Below, piece after piece: positions 53,801 to 64,000 of a DNA stretch of 64,000 nucleotides. Where the stretch lies: positions 48,856,001 to 48,920,000 of the forward strand of contig OZ024741.1 of the NCBI GenBank assembly GCA_964016885.1, given 5' to 3'. The first letter of the stretch is position 1. Each line of letters begins with the position of its first letter. Made by a program: the position numbers and the translations under genes. This stretch comes from Eledone cirrhosa. Its lineage: Eukaryota. The notes under the pieces are model-generated. The model was not told the origin of the DNA, searched no databases, and was given only the letters and a program-made list of their open reading frames with translations.

Positions 53801-56800
53801 TAATGTGGAGTTACTATACCAGTAGAAACTAGTTTATACTAGATCTATTACTGTGATAATGTGGAGTTACTATACCAGTAGAAACTAGTCTATACTAGAT
53901 CTATTACTGTGATAATGTGGAGTTACTATACCAGTAGAAACTAGTTTATACTAGATCTATTACTGTGATAATGTGGAGTTACTATACCAGTAGTAACTAG
54001 TCTAAACTAGATCTATTACTGTAATAATGTCGAGTTACTATACCAGTAGAAACTAGTCTATACTGTATCTATTACTGTGTTAATGTGGCGTTACTATACT
54101 AGTAGTAACTAGTCTATAATAGATCTATTACTGTGCTGATGTGGAGTTACTGTACCAGTAGTAACTAGTCTATACTAGATCTATTACTGTGATAATGTGG
54201 AGTTACTATACCAGTAGTAACTAGTCTATACTAGATCTATTACTGTGATAATGAAGAGTTACACTACCATTAGTAACTAGTTTATACTAGATCTATTACT
54301 GTGATATGTGGAGTTACTATACCAGTAGAAACTAGTCTATACTAGATCTATTACTGTGATAATGGGGAGTTACTATACCAGTAGTAACTAGGCTATACTA
54401 GATCTATTACTGTGATAATGTGGAGTTACACTACCAGTAGTAACTAGTCTATACTAGATCTATTACTGTGAAAATGGGGAGTTACTATACCAGTAGTAAC
54501 TAGTCTATACTAGATCTATTACTGTGATAATGTGGAGTTACTATACAAGTAGTAACTAGTCTATACTAGATCTATTACTGTGATAATGTGGAGTTACTAT
54601 ACCAGTAGTAACTAGTCTATACTAGATCTATTACTGTGATAATGTGGAGTTACTGTACCAGTAGTAATTAGTCTATACTAGATCTGCAACTGGGATAATG
54701 TGGAGTTACTATACCAGTAGTAACTAGTCTATACTAGATCTATTACTGTGATAATGGGGTGTTACTATACCAGTAGTAACTAGTCTATACTAGATCTATT
54801 ACTGTGATAATGAAGAGTTACTATACCAGTACTAACTAGTCTATACTAGATCTATTACTGTGATAATGTGGAGCTACTGTACCAGTAGTAACTAGTCTAT
54901 ACTAGATCTATTACTGTGATAATGTGGAGTTACTATACTAGTAGAAACTAGTCTATACTAGATCCACTTCTGTGATACTGTGGAGTTACTGTACCAGTAG
55001 TAACTAGACTATACTAGATCTACAACTGGAATAATGTGGAGTTACTATACCAGTAGTAACTAGTCTATTCTAGATCTATTACTGTGATAATGGGGAGTTA
55101 CTATACCAGAAGAAACTAGTCTATAATAGATCTATTACTGTGAAAATGGGGAGTTACACTACCAGTAGTAACTAGTCTAAACTAGATCTATTACTGTGAT
55201 AATGTGGAGTTGCTATACCAGTAGTAACTAGTCTATACTAGATCTATTACTGTGATAATATGGAGTTACACTACCAGTAGTAACTAGTCTATACTAGATC
55301 TATTTCTGTGATAATGAGGAGTTACTATACCAGTAGTAACTAGTCTATACTCGATCTATTACTGTGATAATGTGGAGTTACTATACCAGTAGTAACTAGT
55401 CTATACTAGATCTATTACTGTGATAATGTGGAGTTACTGTACCAGTAGTAACTAGTCTATATTAGATCTACGACTGTGATAATGAGGAGTTACTATAGCA
55501 GTAGTAACTAGTCTATACTAGATCTATTACTGTGCGAATGGGGAGTTACTATACCAGTAGTAACTAGTCTATACTAGATCTACTTCTGTGATAATGTGGA
55601 GTTACTATACCAGTAGAAACTAGTCTATACTAGATCTATTACTGTGATAATGTGGAGTTACTATACCAGTAGAAACTAGTTTATACTAGATCTATTACTG
55701 TGATAATGTGGAGTTACACTACCAGTAGTAACTAGTCTATACTAGATCTATTACTGTGATAATGTGGAGTTACTATACCAGTAGTAACTAGTCTATACTA
55801 GATCTATTACTGTAATAACGTGGAGTTACTATACCAGTAGTAACTAGTCTATACTAGATCTATTTCTGTGATAATGTGGAGTTACTGTACCAGTAGTAAC
55901 TAGTCTATACTAGATCTATTACTGTGCGAATGGGGAGTTACTATACCAGTTGTAACTAGTCTATACTAGACCTATTACTGTGATAATGTGGAGTTACTAT
56001 ACCAGTAGTAACTAGTCTATACTAGATCAACTTCTGTGATAATGTGGAGTTACTATACCAGTAGTAACTAGTCTATACTAGATCTATTACTGTGATAATG
56101 TGGGGTTACTATACCAGTAGAAACTAGTCTATACTAGATCTACTTCTGTGATAATGTGGGGTTACTATACCAGTAGTAACTAGTCTATACTAGATCTATT
56201 ATTGTGAGAATGGGGAGTTACTATACCAGTAATAACTAGTCTATAATAGATCTATTACTGTGATAATGTGGAGTTACTGTACCAGTAGTAACTAGTCTAT
56301 ACTAGATCTATTACTGTGATAATGGGAAGTTACTGTACCAGTAGTAACTAGTCTATACTAGATCTATTACTGTGATAATATGGAGTTACACTACCAGTAG
56401 TAACTAGTCTATACTAGATCTATTACTGTGATAATGGGGAATTACTATACCAGTAGTAACTAGTCTAAACTAGATCTATTACTGTGATAATGGGGAGTTA
56501 CTATACCAGTAGAAACTAGTCTATACTAGATCTATTACTGTGATAATGGGGAGTTACTATACCAGTAGAAACTAGTCTAAACTAGATCTATTACTGTGAT
56601 AATGGGGAGTTACTATACCAGTAGTAACTAGTCTATACTAGATCTATTACTGTGATAATGTGGAGTTACTGTACCAGTAGTAACTAGTCTATACTAGATC
56701 TATTACTGTGATAATGGGGAGTTAGTATACCAGTAGAAACTAGTCTATACTAGATCTATTACTGTGATAATGGTGAGTTACTATACCAGTAGAAACTAGT

Positions 56801-59800
56801 CTATACTAGATCTATTACTGTGATAATGTGGAGTTACTATACCAGTAGAAATTAGTTTATACTAGATCTATTACTGTGATAATGGGAAGTTACTATACCA
56901 GTAGAAACTAGTCAATACTAGATCTATTACTGTGATAATGTGGAGTTACTATACCAGTAGAAACTAGTTTATACTAGATCTATTACTGTGATAATGTGGA
57001 GTTACTATACCAGTAGTAACTAGTCTAAACTAGATCTATTACTGTGATAATGTCGAGTTACTATACCAGTAGAAACTAGTCTATACTGGATCTATTACTG
57101 TGTTCATGTGGCGTTACTATACTAGTAGTAACTAGTCTATACTAGATCTATTACTGTGATAATGTGGAGTTACTGTACCAGTAGTAACTAGTCTATACTA
57201 GATCTATTACTGGTCGAATGGGGAGTTACTATACCAGTAGTAACTCGTCCATACTAGATCTATTACTGTGATAATGGGGAGTTACTATACCAGTAGTAAC
57301 TCGTCCATACTAGATCTATTACTGTGATAATGAGGAGTTACACTACCAGTAGTAAATACTCTATACTAGATCTATTACTGTGATAATGTGGAGTTACTAT
57401 ACCAGTAGTAACTAGTCTATACTAGATCTATTACTGTGATAATGTGGAGTTACTGTACCAGTAGTAACTCGTCCATACTAGATCTATTACTGTGATAATG
57501 GGGTGTTACTATACCAGTAGTAACTAGTCTATACTAGATCTATTACCGTGATAATGTGGAGTTACCGTACCAGTAGTAACTAGTCTATACTAGATCTATT
57601 ACTGTGATAATGGGGAGTTACTGTACCAGTAGTAACTAGTCTATACTAGATCTATTACTGTGATAATGTGGAGTTACTGTACCAGTAGTAACTAGTCTAT
57701 ACTAGATCTATTACTGTGATAATGTGGAGTTACTATACCAGTAGTAACTAGTCTATACTAGATCTATTACTGTGATAATGTGGAGTTACTGTACCAGTAG
57801 TAACTAGTCTATACTAGATCTATTACTGGTCGAATGGGGAGTTACTATACCAGTAGTAACTAGTCTATACTAGATCTATTACTGTGATAATGTGCAGTTA
57901 CTATACCAGTAGTAACTAGTCTATATTAGATCTACTTCTGTGATAATGTGGAGTTACTATACCAGTAGTAACTAGTCTATACTAGATCTATTACTGTGAT
58001 AATGTGGGGTTACTATGCCAGTAGAAACTAGTCTATACTAGATCTAGTACTGTGATAATGTGGAGTTACTATACCAGTAGAAACTAGTTTATACTAGATC
58101 TATTACTGTGATAATGTGGAGTTACACTACCAGTAGTAACTAGTCTATACTAGATCTATTACTGTGATAATGTGGAGTTACTATACCAGTAGTAACTAGT
58201 CTATACTAGATCTATTACTGTGATAATGTGGAGTTACACTACCAGTAGAAACTAGTCTATACTAGATCTATTACTGTGATAATGTGGAGTTACTATACCA
58301 GTAGAAACTAGTTTATACTAGATCTGTTACTGTGATAATGTGGAGTTACTATACCAGTAGAAACTAGTTTATACTAGATCTATTACTGTGATAATGTGGA
58401 GTTACTATACCAGTAGAAACTAGTCTATACTAGATCTATTACTGTGATAATGTGGAGTTACTATACCAGTAGAAACTAGTTTATACTAGATCTATTACTG
58501 TGATAATGTGGAGTTACTATACCAGTAGAAACTAGTTTATACTAGATCTATTACTGTGATAATGTGGAGTTACTATACCAGTAGAAACTAGTCTATACTA
58601 GATCTATTACTGTGATAATGTGGAGTTACTATACCAGTAGAAACTAGTTTATACTAGATCTATTACTGTGATAATGTGGAGTTACTATACCAGTAGTAAC
58701 TAGTCTAAACTAGATCTATTACTGTAATAATGTCGAGTTACTATACCAGTAGAAACTAGTCTATACTGGATCTATTACTGTGTTAATGTGGCGTTACTAT
58801 ACTAGTAGTAACTAGTCTATAATAGATCTATTACTGTGATGATGTGGAGTTACTGTACCAGTAGTAACTAGTCTATACTAGATCTATTACTGTGATAATG
58901 TGGAGTTACTATACCAGTAGTAACTAGTCTATACTAGATCTATTACTGTGATAATGAAGAGTTACACTACCATTAGTAACTAGTTTATACTAGATCTATT
59001 ACTGTGATATGTGGAGTTACTATACCAGTAGAACCTAGTCTATACTAGATCTATTACTGTGATAATGGGGAGTTACTATACCAGTAGTAACTAGGCTATA
59101 CTAGATCTATTACTGTGATAATGTGGAGTTACACTACCAGTAGTAACTAGTCTATACTAGATCTATTACTGTGAAAATGGGGAGTTACTATACCACGAGT
59201 AACTAGTCTATACTAGATTTATTACTGTGATAATGGGGAGTTACTATACCAGTAGTAACTAGTCTATACTAGATCTATTACTGTGATAATGTGGAGTTAC
59301 TATACAAGTAGTAACTAGTCTATACTAGATCTATTACTGTGATAATGTGGAGTTACTATACCAGTGGTAACTAGTCTATACTAGATCTATTACTGTGATA
59401 ATGTGGAGTTACTGTACCAGTAGTAATTAGTCTATACTAGATCTACAACTGGGATAATGTGGAGTTACTATACCAGTAGTAACTAGTCTATACTAGATCT
59501 ATTACTGTGATAATGGGGTGTTACTATACCAGTAGTAACTAGTCTATACTAGATCTATTACTGTGATAATGAAGAGTTACTATACCAGTACTAACTAGTC
59601 TATACTAGATCTATTACTGTGATAATGTGGAGCTACTGTACCAGTAGTAACTAGTCTATACTAGATCTATTACTGTGATAATGTGGAGTTACTATACCAG
59701 TAGAAACTAGTCTATACTAGATCTACTTCTGTGATACTGTGGAGTTACTGTACCAGTAGTAACTAGACTATACTAGATCTACAACTGGGATAATGTGGAG

Positions 59801-62800
59801 TTACTATACCAGTAGTAACTAGTCTATTCTAGATCTATTACTGTGATAATGGGGAGTTACTATACCAGAAGAAACTAGTCTATAATAGATCTATTACTGT
59901 GAAAATGGGGAGTTACACTACCAGTAGTAACTAGTCTAAACTAGATCTATTACTGTGATAATGTGGAGTTGCTATACCAGTAGTAACTAGTCTATACTAG
60001 ATCTATTACTGTGATAATATGGAGTTACACTACCAGTAGTAACTAGTCTATACTAGATCTATTTCTGTGATAATGAGGAGTTACTATAGCAGTAGTAACT
60101 AGTCTATACTCGATCTATTACTGTGATAATGTGGAGTTACTATACCAGTAGTAACTAGTCTATACTAGATCTATTACTGTGATAATGTGGAGTTACTGTA
60201 CCAGTAGTAACTAGTCTATATTAGATCTACGACTGTGATAATGAGGAGTTACTATAGCAGTAGTAACTAGTCTATACTAGATCTATTACTGTGCGAATGG
60301 GGAGTTACTATACCAGTAGTAACTAGTCTATACTAGATCTACTTCTGTGATAATGTGGAGTTACTATACCAGTAGAAACTAGTCTATACTAGATCTATTA
60401 CTGTGATAATGTGGAGTTACTATACCAGTAGAAACTAGTTTATACTAGATCTATTACTGTGATAATGTGGAGTTACACTACCAGTAGTAACTACTCTATA
60501 CTAGATCTATTACTGTGATAATGTGGAGTTACTATACCAGTAGTAACTAGTCTATACTAGATCTATTACTGTGATAATGGGGTGTTACTATACCAGTAGT
60601 AACTAGTCTATACTAGATCTATTACTGTGATAATGTGCAGTTACTATACCAGTAGTAACTAGTCTATACTAGATCTACTTCTGTGATGATGTGGAGTTAC
60701 TATACCAGTAGTAACTAGTCTATACTAGATCTATTACTGTGATAATGTGGGGTTACTATGCCAGTAGAAACTAGTCTATACTAGATCTAGTACTGTGATA
60801 ATGTGGAGTTACTATACCAGTAGAAACTAGTTTATACTAGATCTATTACTGTGATAATGTGGAGTTACACTACCAGTAGTAACTAGTCTATACTAGATCT
60901 ATTACTGTGATAATGTGGAGTTACTATACCAGTAGTAACTAGTCTATACTAGATCTATTACTGTGATAATGTGGAGTTACACTACCAGTAGAAACTAGTC
61001 TATACTAGATCTATTACTGTGATAATGTGGAGTTACTATACCAGTAGAAACTAGTTTATACTAGATCTGTTACTGTGATAATGTGGAGTTACTATACCAG
61101 TAGAAACTAGTTTATACTAGATCTATTACTGTGATAATGTGGAGTTACTATACCAGTAGAAACTAGTCTATACTAGATCTATTACAGTGATAATGTGGAG
61201 TTACTATACCAGTAGAAACTAGTTTATACTAGATCTATTACTGTGATAATGTGGAGTTACTATACCAGTAGAAACTAGTTTATACTAGATCTATTACTGT
61301 GATAATGTGGAGTTACTATACCAGTAGAAACTAGTCTATACTAGATCTATTACTGTGATAATGTGGAGTTACTATACCAGTAGAAACTAGTTTATACTAG
61401 ATCTATTACTGTGATAATGTGGAGTTACTATACCAGTAGTAACTAGTCTAAACTAGATCTATTACTGTAATAATGTCGAGTTACTATACCAGTAGAAACT
61501 AGTCTATACTGGATCTATTACTGTGTTAATGTGGCGTTACTATACTAGTAGTAACTAGACTATAATAGATCTATTACTGTGATGATGTGGAGTTACTGTA
61601 CCAGTAGTAACTAGTCTATACTAGATCTATTACTGTGATAATGTGGAGTTACTATACCAGTAGTAACTAGTCTATACTAGATCTATTACTGTGATAATGA
61701 AGAGTTACACTACCATTAGTAACTAGTTTATACTAGATCTATTACTGTGATATGTGGAGTTACTATACCAGTAGAAACTAGTCTATACTAGATCTATTAC
61801 TGTGATAATGGGGAGTTACTATACCAGTAGTAACTAGGCTATACTAGATCTATTACTGTGATAATGTGGAGTTACACTACCAGTAGTAACTAGTCTATAC
61901 TAGATCTATTACTGTGAAAATGGGGAGTTACTATACCACGAGTAACTAGTCTATACTAGATCTATTAGTGTGATAATGGGGAGTTACTATACCAGTAGTA
62001 ACTAGTCTATACTAGATCTATTACTGTGATAATGTGGAGTTACTATACAAGTAGTAACTAGTCTATACTAGATCTATTACTGTGATAATGTGGAGTTACT
62101 ATACCAGTAGTAACTAGTCTATACTAGATCTATTACTGTGATAATGTGGAGTTACTGTACCAGTAGTAATTAGTCTATACTAGATCTACAACTGGGATAA
62201 TGTGGAGTTACTATACCAGTAGTAACTAGTCTATACTAGATCTATTACTGTGATAATGGGGTGTTACTATACCAGTAGTAACTAGTCTATACTAGATCTA
62301 TTACTGTGATAATGTGGAGTTACACTACCAGTAGTAACTAGTCTATACTAGATCTATTACTGTGAAAATGGGGAGTTACTATACCACGAGTAACTAGTCT
62401 ATACTAGATTTATTACTGTGATAATGGGGAGTTACTATACCAGTAGTAACTAGTCTATACTAGATCTATTACTGTGATAATGTGGAGTTACTATACAAGT
62501 AGTAACTAGTCTATACTAGATCTATTACTGTGATAATGTGGAGTTACTATACCAGTGGTAACTAGTCTATACTAGATCTATTACTGTGATAATGTGGAGT
62601 TACTGTACCAGTAGTAATTAGTCTATACTAGATCTACAACTGGGATAATGTGGAGTTACTATACCAGTAGTAACTAGTCTATACTAGATCTATTACTGTG
62701 ATAATGGGGTGTTACTATACCAGTAGTAACTAGTCTATACTAGATCTATTACTGTGATAATGAAGAGTTACTATACCAGTACTAACTAGTCTATACTAGA

Positions 62801-64000
62801 TCTATTACTGTGATAATGTGGAGCTACTGTACCAGTAGTAACTAGTCTATACTAGATCTATTACTGTGATAATGTGGAGTTACTATACCAGTAGAAACTA
62901 GTCTATACTAGATCTACTTCTGTGATACTGTGGAGTTACTGTACCAGTAGTAACTAGACTATACTAGATCTACAACTGGGATAATGTGGAGTTACTATAC
63001 CAGTAGTAACTAGTCTATTCTAGATCTATTACTGTGATAATGGGGAGTTACTATACCAGAAGAAACTAGTCTATAATAGATCTATTACTGTGAAAATGGG
63101 GAGTTACACTACCAGTAGTAACTAGTCTAAACTAGATCTATTACTGTGATAATGTGGAGTTGCTATACCAGTAGTAACTAGTCTATACTAGATCTATTAC
63201 TGTGATAATATGGAGTTACACTACCAGTAGTAACTAGTCTATACTAGATCTATTTCTGTGATAATGAGGAGTTACTATAGCAGTAGTAACTAGTCTATAC
63301 TCGATCTATTACTGTGATAATGTGGAGTTACTATACCAGTAGTAACTAGTCTATACTAGATCTATTACTGTGATAATGTGGAGTTACTGTACCAGTAGTA
63401 ACTAGTCTATATTAGATCTACGACTGTGATAATGAGGAGTTACTATAGCAGTAGTAACTAGTCTATACTAGATCTATTACTGTGCGAATGGGGAGTTACT
63501 ATACCAGTAGTAACTAGTCTATACTAGATCTACTTCTGTGATAATGTGGAGTTACTATACCAGTAGAAACTAGTCTATACTAGATCTATTACTGTGATAA
63601 TGTGGAGTTACTATACCAGTAGAAACTAGTTTATACTAGATCTATTACTGTGATAATGTGGAGTTACACTACCAGTAGTAACTACTCTATACTAGATCTA
63701 TTACTGTGATAATGTGGAGTTACTATACCAGTAGTAACTAGTCTATACTAGATCTATTACTGTGATAATGGGGTGTTACTATACCAGTAGTAACTAGTCT
63801 ATACTAGATCTATTACTGTGATAATGTGCAGTTACTATACCAGTAGTAACTAGTCTATACTAGATCTACTTCTGTGATGATGTGGAGTTACTATACCAGT
63901 AGTAACTAGTCTATACTAGATCTATTACTGTGATAATGTGGGGTTACTATGCCAGTAGAAACTAGTCTATACTAGATCTAGTACTGTGATAATGTGGAGT
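23889..64000. repeat. 56-bp tandem satellite array, about 716 monomers, running off the window end
   Basis: Consensus GAGTTACTATACCAGTAGTAACTAGTCTATACTAGATCTATTACTGTGATAATGTG. The 60-base line phase recurs every 840 bp (15 x 56). I saw no insertions and the ORF track lists nothing here. Confidence 0.99.

Noticed and set aside
23889-64000. CRISPR array or repeat-protein gene
   Set aside because: There are no unique spacers and no cas genes. The unit is not a multiple of 3 and CTAG/TAA stops close all frames.

Overview
AT-rich, repeat-dense animal genomic DNA with no intact host gene. The SINE and LINE motifs look like those of octopod cephalopods; this is recognition from memory, not a database result. 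Bases 1-23.9 kb are a mosaic of (TA)n/(CA)n/(AG)n microsatellites and decayed mobile elements: RTE, Tx1-like and CRE-like LINE 3' ends, a maT-like Tc1/mariner pseudogene, non-autonomous Helitrons and SINE pieces. This region also holds a dense cluster of type-I hammerhead ribozyme motifs, many inside long palindromes wedged into microsatellites, as expected for Penelope-like element (PLE) pLTR or retrozyme remnants. From ~23.9 kb to the window end is one uninterrupted 56-bp satellite array (~716 monomers). Its monomer is highly self-complementary, carries nested multi-kb higher-order duplications, and can be threaded onto a degenerate hammerhead topology. Most ORFs in the supplied track are microsatellite artefacts.
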